Assembly: GCA_048538215.1 (NCBI GenBank)
Contig: JBLYPV010000001.1
Coordinates: 333,499 to 397,498 of the forward strand
DNA: 64,000 nt
Origin: Patescibacteria group bacterium
GTDB lineage: Bacteria > Patescibacteriota > Minisyncoccia > Phycocordibacterales > GCA-2747955
Reading direction: 5' to 3'
Numbering within the stretch: position 1 is the first letter of the stretch; each line of letters starts with the position of its first letter. A model generated the notes under the pieces. It had not been told where the DNA came from. It ran no database searches and was given only the letters and a program-made list of their open reading frames with translations. Position numbers and translations under genes: made by a program. Below, one piece after another: positions 49,105 to 58,653 of the stretch.

Positions 49105-49458
49105 TTATTTAGAATTATCTACTACGGGAGTAAGGGTGAGGTAGATATGAGAAAGACGGCGACGAAATGCCATCGCTCGACCACGCGATCCTGCACGATG
49201 ACGACGAAGCGATTTACCCTCTTGCACTTGAATATCTGCAATTGTAAGATCTCGAGCATCCATACCAGAATTAGCCACTGCAGAAGCGATGAGGTCTCGG
49301 ACTGCCCCTGCGTGTCGCTTGTTTACAAAAGTCAATTCAGCTAAAGCCTTTTTGGCATTTTTACCGCGTACAAAATCAGCAAGTAAGCCCACCTTACGAG
49401 GAGTGGCTCGGTAATTTTGCAATGAAGCAGTAGTCGTGTTGGCTGTAGTAGTACTCAT
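49105..49458 (-). CDS. rplV: 50S ribosomal protein L22
   Basis: L22 sequence and position. Confidence 0.9.
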   Translation of the reverse strand: MSTTTANTTTASLQNYRATPRKVGLLADFVRGKNAKKALAELTFVNKRHAGAVRDLIASAVANSGMDARDLTIADIQVQEGKSLRRHRAGSRGRAMAFRRRLSHIYLTLTPVVDNSK

Positions 49459-49472
49459 ACGAATATAATAAC

Positions 49473-49799
49473 TTATGAAGCTTTAGCAGCTTTAGCGGCA
49501 GCAATTTCTGCCTCACGCTTACGCTGATCAAGCTCTTTCTGAATTTTTCCTCCATGTCGGTGGAATGTTTTACTAGGAGAAAACTCTCCTAGTCGATGTC
49601 CTACCATATCCTCGGTAATATATACTTCGATATGCTTGCGCCCATTATGTACTCCAAAAGTAAAGCCAATCATATCTGGGTGTATTACCGAAGCACGGTC
49701 CCATACTTGTATCACTCCTGTCTCACGAGGAGAAACACCCTCTACTTTTTTGAGGATCTTTGGATTTACATATGGGCCCTTTTTAAGTGATCGTGTCAT
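49473..49799 (-). CDS. rpsS: 30S ribosomal protein S19
   Basis: '[14 protein letters not shown]', '[24 protein letters not shown]'. Confidence 0.95.
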   Translation of the reverse strand: MTRSLKKGPYVNPKILKKVEGVSPRETGVIQVWDRASVIHPDMIGFTFGVHNGRKHIEVYITEDMVGHRLGEFSPSKTFHRHGGKIQKELDQRKREAEIAAAKAAKAS

Positions 49800-49947
49800 A
49801 CTTGTTTACTATTTGCTATCAAGGCTTTCAACCTGACAACAAGATGGCGAGTATTCTACCAAAACTGATGATATAGTCAAATTATTCTTGATATGAAATG
49901 CTCCCTTGGATTGCATAGTTGGATTAGCTAATCTAATTTCATACAAT

Positions 49948-49987
49948 ACAAACAAAACGCTCTCCGTGAGGAGAGCGTTTTGTTTGT
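49948..49987. terminator. strong hairpin terminator downstream of rplL (bidirectional)
   Basis: 'aacaaaacgctctcc-gtga-ggagagcgttttgtt', 15-bp stem, in the gap that separates rplL from rpsS. Confidence 0.75.
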
Positions 49988-50047
49988 ATAGATTGGAGGA
50001 TTACCTACTCCCATTTTAAGGTAGATTACTCTAGTCTTCTCTATCTC

Positions 50048-50584
50048 TTATTTCAATTCTACAGTACCTCCAGCTCCTTCAATTTCTGCCTTAAGAGCTT
50101 CTGCGTCTTCCTTCTTCATACCTGTCTTAAGCACAGATGGTGCGCTGTCTACAAGCTCCTTGGCTTCTTTAAGCCCGAGCCCAAGAGCTGCCTTTACTGC
50201 CTTGATCACTCCAATTTTGCTGTCTCCAGCAGAGCTAAGCTCAACATCAAATTCTGTTTTCTCTTCGGTGGCATCATCTGCTCCAGCCCCAGCTCCTGCT
50301 ACTGCTACGGCAGCAGCTGATACACCAAATTTCTTTTCGAATACTTTAACGAGCTCATGAAGGTCCAAAACTGACATCTCTTCAATAGCACTCACAATTG
50401 ATTGAAATTTTTCTGGTACTTCTACCTCTTCTGCTTCTTCTACTACCTCTTCTTTAGCCACTGGTGCTTCCTCTTTAACTTCCTCTGCAACAGGAGCATC
50501 TTCCTCTACTACTTCTGTTTGTTCTTCAACAAGAGCTTCTGCTTGTTCCTCTACGCTCTCATCTTGTTTGATTTCGTCGGTCAT
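50048..50584 (-). CDS. rplL: 50S ribosomal protein L7/L12
   Basis: Ala/Glu-rich hinge and the C-terminal '[24 protein letters not shown]'. Confidence 0.95.
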   Translation of the reverse strand: MTDEIKQDESVEEQAEALVEEQTEVVEEDAPVAEEVKEEAPVAKEEVVEEAEEVEVPEKFQSIVSAIEEMSVLDLHELVKVFEKKFGVSAAAVAVAGAGAGADDATEEKTEFDVELSSAGDSKIGVIKAVKAALGLGLKEAKELVDSAPSVLKTGMKKEDAEALKAEIEGAGGTVELK

Positions 50585-50610
50585 AATTAATTTGTTATAA
50601 ATGAATAAAT

Positions 50611-51108
50611 TTAGGCCATAGCTTCTTTCTTTTCGGCAATAGCATTGATTCCTGATGCTAATTGCTGAATTGGTGTGTTGATGATATTTACAAACATACC
50701 ACGAAGTGTTTGCAAGTCAGGAATATTAGCTATTTCCAACATTTCTTCTTGGCTTTTGTATACTCCATCAAAGATACCACCTACGATAGCAACTCGCTCT
50801 TTGTATTTTTTAGCATGCTCTTTTACAAGACGAGCTGGTGCCATCAAATCATCACTATATGCAAGCGAAAGCTCCCCTTCTGTCTCTGGTCGAGTGCCGG
50901 AGACCTTTGTCTCTTCAAGTGCCTTTGATATGAGGGTTTTCTTGATTACCGTATATCCAACGCCCTCCTGGCTCATTTGTGTACGCATCGCTGATGTATC
51001 ATTTGCTGATAAGCCATGCGCGTGTACAAATACCGTAGTGGCAGAATTCCCTAGAATATCTTTGGCTTTGCTTAAGAGCTCTTCTTTTCTCTCGCGGGTA
51101 ATTGCCAT
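50611..51108 (-). CDS. rplJ: 50S ribosomal protein L10
   Basis: '[12 protein letters not shown]...' upstream of rplL. The internal ATG is preferred. Confidence 0.85.
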   Translation of the reverse strand: MAITRERKEELLSKAKDILGNSATTVFVHAHGLSANDTSAMRTQMSQEGVGYTVIKKTLISKALEETKVSGTRPETEGELSLAYSDDLMAPARLVKEHAKKYKERVAIVGGIFDGVYKSQEEMLEIANIPDLQTLRGMFVNIINTPIQQLASGINAIAEKKEAMA

Positions 51109-51365
51109 AATTACTATATTACTATTAACAATACTCGCACCTCCCCTAAAGAAGATAGCGATTTTCAAAAGGTAATTGTAAGACGATAAGTCTACAGAGG
51201 GATATTTAATCGTATATCTATTAGTATCCGACCCACTCTGTCTCTGACCTTTTGATACCGGAGATTATACTGTTCTCTATAAAATGTGCAAGCTTATGAG
51301 CTACGACTCTGGGTGAGTGGGGGTAGATCTCCTTTTAGAGTGAGAATATGCTCTATTTGTATACA

Positions 51366-51770
51366 TTAATTTGGATTGCAGTCACCTAGTGTAGGAGCTG
51401 TACTACGTGGGCCCGCACTTTGCTGTGAAGCAACAAAATAATTGGCATTCACTTCTGCACTCAAAGGAGCGTATATACAAAAGGCATCGGTATTGCCTGT
51501 ATTATCTATAAACTCCACGCCAGTAGGCCACGTACTGAGATGATTTTGTAATCCAATAGCAGCTGATGAAGAGCTTGTATACCCAGGAAAATTTCCCGAG
51601 ATGTCTCGGTCAAGCTCCATAGCTTTCGCTGTTTCTTTTACACCAGTGATTTTGCTACTGTCGGTCGCTTGAGTACGACCTTGATTGAGATTAGTGAATA
51701 CCGTGAGGGCGAGAATCCCGATGATTGCAATCACCATCAAGAGCTCGATCAAGGTAAAAGCTTGTTTCAT
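51366..51770 (-). CDS. type IV pilin
   Basis: 'MKQAFTLIELLMVIAIIGILA' class III signal. The start is at the internal ATG. It sits between rpsJ and rplJ. Confidence 0.85.
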   Translation of the reverse strand: MKQAFTLIELLMVIAIIGILALTVFTNLNQGRTQATDSSKITGVKETAKAMELDRDISGNFPGYTSSSSAAIGLQNHLSTWPTGVEFIDNTGNTDAFCIYAPLSAEVNANYFVASQQSAGPRSTAPTLGDCNPN

Positions 51771-51887
51771 AGCAAAATTATACCAGAGAGAGCCGTGTAA
51801 AGGTATGTATATATATGGACAACACAAAACCCACTCCTTTCACGCATATAGATATCTCTTTAATGCGCTTGAAGTGGGCTTTGATAA

Positions 51888-52217
51888 TTAGATCATTTTT
51901 ACCTCGATGCTAACACCAGAAGGTAAAGATAGATTGGTCAGAGCCTCGGTAATTTTAGTACTTGGATTCAACACATCTATTAAACGTGAGTGAATCCGCA
52001 TTTCATATTGTTCCCGAGAAGTGTTGTAAATAAATGTCGAACGATTAACAGTATATTTTTTCATTTTGGTAGGCATAGGGATTGGCCCAGCTACCTCAGC
52101 ACCTACTCGATGAGCAGCTTCGATGATTTTTTGTACCGAATCATCTAATAGCTTGTGCTCGTAGGCTGAAATTTTGATACGCAATCGTCCTTGATCAGAC
52201 TGATTGTCTTTTGCCAT
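51888..52217 (-). CDS. rpsJ: 30S ribosomal protein S10
   Basis: 'RLRIKISAYEHKLLD...PIPMPTK'. Confidence 0.95.
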   Translation of the reverse strand: MAKDNQSDQGRLRIKISAYEHKLLDDSVQKIIEAAHRVGAEVAGPIPMPTKMKKYTVNRSTFIYNTSREQYEMRIHSRLIDVLNPSTKITEALTNLSLPSGVSIEVKMI

Positions 52218-52406
52218 CTTTAATTTGATTAAAGCGGCTGGTAACGCACTTATTTTGAAAGTATACTTTCAAAATAAGTAATTTGGTTTTATTTTGTGCG
52301 ATATTTCGAGGAAGGTCGCCGCCGAGCAATCAAGCGGTACAAAGTGGTACCGTGAGTATTGCGAGGCGACAGGCCTGATAAAGAAATTCGCCAAAATAAG
52401 CCAAAT

Positions 52407-53597
52407 TTAGGCTACAACTTTGGTTACAACACCTGCTCCAACAGTCTTCCCTCCTTCGCGTACGGTGAAGCGGGTTTGATCTTCGAGTGCTACAGGAGCG
52501 TGAAGCTTTACCTTGAAAGTCACTGTATCTCCTGGCATTACCATTTCAGTACCTTCAGCAAGAGCTACCTCTCCTGTCACATCAGTAGTTCGAATATAGA
52601 ACTGTGGCTTGTATCCTGTGAAGAATGGAGTGTGTCGACCACCTTCCTCTTTCTTCAAAACATATACTTCAGCTTCAAATTCAGTATGAGGTGTTACACT
52701 TCCTGGAGCAGCAAGCACCTGACCACGAGTAATATCTTCTTTTTTGATTCCACGAATCAAGATACCAGCGTTGTCTCCAGCCTCTGCTTGCTCAAGTGAT
52801 TTATTGAACATCTCTACTCCAGTTACGGTAGTTTTTACTGTGTCATGAATACCCACGATTTCTACTTCCTCTCCTACCTTTACTGTTCCACGATCTACTT
52901 TACCAGTAACAACAGTACCTCGTCCTTCAATAGAGAAAATATCCTCTACCGGCATAAGGAAAGGCTTATCTAAGTCACGAACTGGTACTTCAAAGTAAGT
53001 ATCCATAGCTTTGGTAAGCTCCAAGACCTTTTGTACCCACTCATCATTGACATCACTTGCTTCAGTGGCTTTGAGAGCAGAACCTTGAATAAAAGGAGTT
53101 TCCTCACCATTGTATCCGTATTGGTCGAGAGTTTCTTTGATTTCCTCTTCTACGAGCATAATCATTTCCTCATCATCAACCATATCGCACTTATTAAGAA
53201 ATACGATAATTTTTGGTACTCCGGCTTGCTTGGCAAGCAAGATGTGCTCACGAGTTTGTGGCATCAATCCGTCGGTCACCGCTACCACAAGGATAGCACC
53301 GTCCATTTGAGCTGCACCGGTAATCATATTCTTGATATAGTCGGCGTGCCCTGGAGCATCGATGTGTGCGTAGTGACGATTGACTGTTTCGTACTCGTTG
53401 TGTGAAAGAGCAATGGTAATACCACGCTCTTTTTCTTCTGGAGCATTGTCAATTTCGCTAATATCGCGCATTTTCACTTGATCACCATTAAGGTGAAGTG
53501 AATTAAGAATTGCAGCCGTAAGTGTAGTCTTACCATGGTCTACGTGACCAATGGTACCTACATTCATATGTGGCTTGCTTCGATCAAAATCTGCCAT
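52407..53597 (-). CDS. tuf: elongation factor Tu
   Basis: '[18 protein letters not shown]', 'DAPGHADY', 'NKCD'. 396 aa. Confidence 0.97.
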   Translation of the reverse strand: MADFDRSKPHMNVGTIGHVDHGKTTLTAAILNSLHLNGDQVKMRDISEIDNAPEEKERGITIALSHNEYETVNRHYAHIDAPGHADYIKNMITGAAQMDGAILVVAVTDGLMPQTREHILLAKQAGVPKIIVFLNKCDMVDDEEMIMLVEEEIKETLDQYGYNGEETPFIQGSALKATEASDVNDEWVQKVLELTKAMDTYFEVPVRDLDKPFLMPVEDIFSIEGRGTVVTGKVDRGTVKVGEEVEIVGIHDTVKTTVTGVEMFNKSLEQAEAGDNAGILIRGIKKEDITRGQVLAAPGSVTPHTEFEAEVYVLKKEEGGRHTPFFTGYKPQFYIRTTDVTGEVALAEGTEMVMPGDTVTFKVKLHAPVALEDQTRFTVREGGKTVGAGVVTKVVA

Positions 53598-53811
53598 AAT
53601 ATTATATGTTTAGATTAACTAATAATTTCTAATGTGGTCACTCCCCTGCTTTGATTTATGGCCCGACCATGGCTATAAACCCGAGAAAGAACAAAAGCAA
53701 TAAGGTGCCCGATATGATAGCAAATTAGTATAAAAAAACAACAATCGCCGATTTTTTTATATCGTAAAAGTGAGCCACTTAGGGACCCGGTCCCTAAGTG
53801 TATGAACATTT

Positions 53812-54402
53812 TTATAACATCGTCTGATTGATACACTCTTGTATGTATCGCTCTAGTGTTTGCTGATGAGCAGAAAGGGATACGAAATCTTGTTGGTTTA
53901 AGGTATTCTTCATAAATAGTTCTGGAGATATATCTGGAGAAAAAGCTATATCAAAATAGCCAAGTTCGTGCAATATCCGTGCCCTCCCCCATAATTCAAT
54001 ACTATAAAAGTACTTCGGAGCTAAGCTCCTTAGAGCTAGGCTTATCTCATGGAAAATATGATAGAGCACTGAATCACTATCAGCGTGAAGGGACATCTGC
54101 AGAATAAGCGCTCCGAGTCTATCCAATATACCGAGAGCTTCAAAATTATGTACTTGAGTGGTGCTTTCTATCAATCGCCCTCCGGTAATTTGATAGCCCT
54201 TGCGTGACTGAATAGCTTCGAGCTCGATATGGGCAAGCTGGTGTAAAAAATAAGCAAGCTTGGATGACTCTTTGCGCACCGAGGTGGCATGTGCGCTAAT
54301 AAGCCCATAATCACGAGTGAGGATGCGATAGCTCTTATTAGCTTCACCGATATTACTATGCCCCAAAATATAGCCGTAGGTACTTTCGATTTCGTACATA
54401 GC
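53812..54402 (-). CDS. recO: DNA repair protein RecO-like
   Basis: About 195-219 aa with an N-terminal OB-like segment 'EIESTYGYILGHSNIGEANKSYRILTRDYGLISAHA'. Assignment is tentative. Confidence 0.45.
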   Translation of the reverse strand, partial: AMYEIESTYGYILGHSNIGEANKSYRILTRDYGLISAHATSVRKESSKLAYFLHQLAHIELEAIQSRKGYQITGGRLIESTTQVHNFEALGILDRLGALILQMSLHADSDSVLYHIFHEISLALRSLAPKYFYSIELWGRARILHELGYFDIAFSPDISPELFMKNTLNQQDFVSLSAHQQTLERYIQECINQTML

Positions 54403-54470
54403 CATATGGTAGCATAGAGAGTAATCAAATAGAGAAAAGGCGCGCCGGAGGCGCGCCTTTTTGCTATACA

Positions 54471-57400
54471 TTATTCAAGTACTACCATCTCTGCCCTAAA
54501 GGCGAGCTCATTGGCGTATTGAGTGTCTCCATCAAGTGTATCTACAAAATCTACTCCACTGACACCTGCAATATCTTCTAATTCACTGAAATAGCGCTTG
54601 ACCATTCGCTCTCCTGATTCGTCCATTTGCAAATGAAGATATATTTTATCTTTAGGAGAGCAATTTTTATCTTTACGCATATTTTGAATATGTCTGACAA
54701 ACTCTCGAAAATCGCCTTCTTCTTGTAATTCTGGAGTAAGCTCGGAATCAAGCACAACGGGAACATTTGTATTTTTGTCAAAATGTATTGCTTTTACATT
54801 AAGCTCCTCACGAATACTCTGCATCAGTGCTTCATTGATCACATCTGAAAGCATCGTACCTTCATCAGCATTATAGAGCTCATCACGCAAGGTAGCAGAT
54901 GCAAGTGGCTGTCGTACCTTAAGGCCAGCACTCACCCGCGCCTCAAGTCCGCGCGAAACAAGCTCTCTAACTCGTGCCATAACTGCAATACTTTCATAGG
55001 AAATACCCCGGGTAGTCGGCCAGAGCTCGAGGTGTACTGATTCATTCTCACCTGCCTCTCGTAGCTCTCGAAAGATATACTCTGCAGTAAAAGGCATAAA
55101 GGGGGCTATAATTTTTGAAAATTCTTTAAGCACAAAGTACGTAGTACGCTGAGCATTTGCAATATCCTCCCTATCCTTGCCCTTAAATCGAGATCGGCTA
55201 CGACGTATATACCAATTAGAAAAATCCTCTACAAAGTCGTAAAAGGGAGCGCATGCTCGATCAAGCTCATAAGCATCGAGGCCTCGTGTCGCCTGCTCTA
55301 ATACTTCTTCAAGTCGTGAGAGAATCCAGCGATCCAGTGGGTGGGGTGAATCAAATGGACTATGTGTAAAATCTATATTGTCATCTCGATATATTTGGAA
55401 AAAGCTTAAAGTATTTTTAAGTCGAATAACAATTTTTTTATTAACCTCATCGATATCTTTTTCTGAAAGATTGACACTTTCTCCGCGCAACACGGGACTA
55501 TTGAGTAAGAAGTATCGCAGTGCATCTGCACCATATCTATCAAAGACTAGATCAAGCTCAGGATAATTTTGTAGCTTCTTAGACATTTTTTTGCCATCTT
55601 CTGCCATTACAAAGCCTGTCACTATTACATTCTTCATTGGGGACTTCTCAAAAAGTCCTACCCCCAAAGCAAGCAAGCTATAAAACCATCCTCGGGTCTG
55701 ATCTATCGCCTCACAAATAAAATCTGCTGGATAAGCGAAATTATCAATGCGTGATTCTGGTGTATTCTCTCCTTGATAATATTTTGAAGCATAAGGCATT
55801 GAGCCGGATTCATACCAACAATCAAACACTTCGCCTATGAGCTTGTAAGGCTCACCTTTTTCATTTTTATAGCTTACCGCATCAAGATAGGGGCGATGCA
55901 GATCAAGCTCGAATTCATTATTGTGAGGAATAGGAGCAAAATCTAAGTAATATATTTCCTCTTTGCCTGCTTTCGCTTTTTGCTCCTCTCTATATTTTGC
56001 TAATTGCTCATTTGCTACTCCCTCTACTCCTGCTTGAGCAAGGTGTATCATATCGGGGTGTGTGATAAGCAGAATCGTAGCATTTTCATACTGCTCATCT
56101 AATTCATAGATCACTTCAGTAATTCTTTTTTTAGCTTCTCGATAATACTCACCCCCTTCTAAAACAGCATCATAACCCTCTTGGGAAATACCCGCTTGCT
56201 TTACTGCTTCTTTAAATTCCTGCTCTGATGTCCCCGACAAATCATCCCCCAAGTAGCGCTTACGCAAACGATTATCTTCTCGCACTTCTTTAACACTCAA
56301 GGCATTCTCAAGCATAAGGGCAGTTTGCTTGGTGCAATTATAGGGCGAGTGGGCAATCACATCGATTGCCTTTCGCTTATGCTCTCCAAGCATATGGCTA
56401 ATACGCTTGCTTGTATCCAGCACTTCATCTTTACCCCGCTCTGATAGCCGATCAGCTTCTGCACCCACTTCAAGTGACACAAGATTGGTACTGTCTGCCA
56501 CTGATTCTCCATGTGGAATGACAATAAAGTGATTATTAGATCTTAATTTCTCCTGTATCTCATGTATTGAGCCAAGAATCTCATACTCTCCTGTAGTTTG
56601 ATTCTCCCATACAGGAAGTGGTGCTCCCCAAAAGCGAGAACGAGATACCGCCCAATCTACATTATTAGCAATCCAATTATGAAATCTCTTGTGTCCGATG
56701 TGCTCTGGTACCCAGTGCATTGCGCTATTTTCTGCAAGCATTTTCTCTCGTAGCTTGGTGGTGGCTATAAACCAGCTTGAGGTAGCGTAATTGAGAAGTG
56801 GAGTGTCACAACGCCAGCAATGCGGATATGAATGCACTATTTTTTCTTTACTAAACAAGAGCCCGCGATGTGCTAAATATTTAATAACAGCAATATCAGC
56901 AGATTGGTGATCCTCTTTAGACTTGACCAACATCCCAGCAAAATCTACAACCTCTGGAACAAACTGCCCACTAGTGGTCACGTGATGAACCATAGGGATA
57001 TTTTGCTTTTGTGCTAGGTAATAATCATCAGCACCAAAGGCAGGAGCTTCGTGGGCGATTCCTGTACCAGATTCGTCATTTACAAAATCTGCTTCATATA
57101 CTTTCCAGCCATTCTCATGATGCTCGATTGATGTGTCTGTATAAAAGTAATCAAATGGAGGAATATATGATTTGCCCACCAAAGCATCACTTCCCAAAAC
57201 ACTCAGCTCTTCCCACTCGGGAATACCCGCTTGTTGCATCACCTCTTCTAAGCGTGATTGCGCGAGAATATACTGCTCTCTTGTGTCTTCTCGCATCACA
57301 GCGACCTTTACATAAATTACTTCGGGACCCACAGCAATTGCTGTATTTCCCGGTAGTGTCCATGGAGTGGTGGTCCAGGCTAGTAGATAGGTGCCGGGCT

Positions 57401-58085
57401 CGTCTTGTAATTCAAATTTGGCGGTCACTGAAATATCAGTGATATCTGCATACCCCTCGGCTACCTCATTATTTGAAAGTGTAGTCTCACATCGAGGACA
57501 CAAGTGCATCGGCTTATAGCCTTTGTAAACAAGCCCCTTTTTATCTAATTCTTTAAAGGCCCACCAGCAAGACTCAGTATAGAGGGGATCCATGGTTTTA
57601 TAATGATCCTCCATATCTACCCAGCGCCCGGTGCGAGGGATAATCTTCTCCCAAGAATCTTTGTAGGCCAATACCTGTGCTTGTGCAGCGGTATTAAAAT
57701 TAGCAATCCCATAATCAATGATCTCTTTGCGACTATTGAGATTAAGATTCTTTTCAATAATGTTTTCAATTGGTAGACCATGACAATCCCATCCCCATTT
57801 TCGTACTACATGATAGCCTTTCATTGTGTAGTAGCGTGGAATAACATCCTTGACTGTGCCTGGTAAAATATGACCATAGTGGGGCAAGCCCGTGGCAAAT
57901 GGAGGCCCGTCATAAAACACATACTCCCCCATCCCTTCTCTACGAGAAAGGGACTTTTTGAAAATATCTTCTTCCTGCCAGAATTTTAGTATGGCTTCTT
58001 CGTCTAAAGCTGTTTGAGATTTTTGTACCTCTTCACTTTGGCCTTTTAGTTTTGATTTTTGAGTTTTACTATGTATATCAGACAT
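54471..58085 (-). CDS. ileS: isoleucyl-tRNA synthetase carrying a roughly 180-aa histidine-phosphatase-like insertion
   Basis: 'PHYGH' HIGH motif, CP1 editing domain, 'WCISRSRFWGAPLPVW', and 'KMSKK'. It is 1204 aa against a usual 900-1050. Confidence 0.95.
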   Translation of the reverse strand: MSDIHSKTQKSKLKGQSEEVQKSQTALDEEAILKFWQEEDIFKKSLSRREGMGEYVFYDGPPFATGLPHYGHILPGTVKDVIPRYYTMKGYHVVRKWGWDCHGLPIENIIEKNLNLNSRKEIIDYGIANFNTAAQAQVLAYKDSWEKIIPRTGRWVDMEDHYKTMDPLYTESCWWAFKELDKKGLVYKGYKPMHLCPRCETTLSNNEVAEGYADITDISVTAKFELQDEPGTYLLAWTTTPWTLPGNTAIAVGPEVIYVKVAVMREDTREQYILAQSRLEEVMQQAGIPEWEELSVLGSDALVGKSYIPPFDYFYTDTSIEHHENGWKVYEADFVNDESGTGIAHEAPAFGADDYYLAQKQNIPMVHHVTTSGQFVPEVVDFAGMLVKSKEDHQSADIAVIKYLAHRGLLFSKEKIVHSYPHCWRCDTPLLNYATSSWFIATTKLREKMLAENSAMHWVPEHIGHKRFHNWIANNVDWAVSRSRFWGAPLPVWENQTTGEYEILGSIHEIQEKLRSNNHFIVIPHGESVADSTNLVSLEVGAEADRLSERGKDEVLDTSKRISHMLGEHKRKAIDVIAHSPYNCTKQTALMLENALSVKEVREDNRLRKRYLGDDLSGTSEQEFKEAVKQAGISQEGYDAVLEGGEYYREAKKRITEVIYELDEQYENATILLITHPDMIHLAQAGVEGVANEQLAKYREEQKAKAGKEEIYYLDFAPIPHNNEFELDLHRPYLDAVSYKNEKGEPYKLIGEVFDCWYESGSMPYASKYYQGENTPESRIDNFAYPADFICEAIDQTRGWFYSLLALGVGLFEKSPMKNVIVTGFVMAEDGKKMSKKLQNYPELDLVFDRYGADALRYFLLNSPVLRGESVNLSEKDIDEVNKKIVIRLKNTLSFFQIYRDDNIDFTHSPFDSPHPLDRWILSRLEEVLEQATRGLDAYELDRACAPFYDFVEDFSNWYIRRSRSRFKGKDREDIANAQRTTYFVLKEFSKIIAPFMPFTAEYIFRELREAGENESVHLELWPTTRGISYESIAVMARVRELVSRGLEARVSAGLKVRQPLASATLRDELYNADEGTMLSDVINEALMQSIREELNVKAIHFDKNTNVPVVLDSELTPELQEEGDFREFVRHIQNMRKDKNCSPKDKIYLHLQMDESGERMVKRYFSELEDIAGVSGVDFVDTLDGDTQYANELAFRAEMVVLE

Positions 58086-58137
58086 ACTTATATTATTTAG
58101 CTGTGCCTCCCAGTATACCCGATGTGTCGAAAAAATT

Positions 58138-58177
58138 AAACAAAGAAAAAGACTGTGCTGGTTAATCGCGCACAGCC
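58138..58177 (-). terminator. Rho-independent terminator of the upstream ncRNA (just before ileS)
   Basis: Minus strand 'ggctgtgc-gcgattaacca-gcacagtc' followed by 'tttttctttg'. Confidence 0.7.
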
Positions 58178-58584
58178 TTCTGGTGGTGCCCCCGTGGGCA
58201 AAATCTCATGGGCTCTTTTTTTTCAGAGCGAACCCCGGGCTCTGTTACTTCCAACGGAAGTGGTACTGGCACCATACTTCCATAGCGACCTCCTTTCTCT
58301 TGTATGGCACATTTGACGATCAATCGCCCAAATGAGCCAGAAGAAGCCTCCACGTGACCCTCACTAGGAGCGAGGATATTGCGGTAGGGCAACCGCTTGT
58401 CGAGTGGTTAGCAAACGAGCGCCACCACTCTGATAGCTCAACGGTGAAGGTGTGCCGTTGAGGTGTGATCACCTCCTTTCAGGAGCGGCCATTGCCGAGC
58501 TCTTTTGCCTTGATTGCGTCCGTTTCGCGGGCGCAGTGAGCCGGACACTTACGAGTCATTCTCGTCTCCTCTCTAATGATCATC
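58178..58584 (-). ncRNA. rnpB: candidate RNase P RNA (or other structured ncRNA). GC-rich non-coding transcription unit.
   Basis: About 450 nt of high-GC non-coding sequence between ileS and argS. About 50 nt from the predicted TSS it has 'GUAAGUGUCCGGCUCACUGCGCC', compared with the P4 5' consensus GGAAAGUCCGGGCUCCAUAGGGC. About 345 nt from the TSS it has 'ACAGAGCCCGGGGUU', compared with ACAGAAnCCGGCUUA. These two segments can pair. Confidence 0.45.
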
Positions 58585-58590
58585 CCTTTC

Positions 58591-58619
58591 ATTATATTCA
58601 TAATATGCTTGACAATCAA
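58591..58619 (-). promoter_or_regulatory. near-consensus sigma70 promoter (TTGATT-N17-TATAAT) for the ncRNA
   Basis: Minus-strand 'ttgattgtcaagcatattatgaatataat'. Confidence 0.6.
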
Positions 58620-58653
58620 GTAAAATATGTGGATAGCTACTTATCCACAGTTT

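Noticed and set aside
58138-58584. tmRNA (ssrA) hypothesis for the GC-rich non-coding region. A '...GGGGGCACCACCA' 3' segment was noted.
   Set aside because: No tag-peptide reading frame ending in a hydrophobic tail. No GGGG...tRNA-like 5' acceptor partner. The T-arm is non-canonical. The RNase P-like P4 strands fit better.
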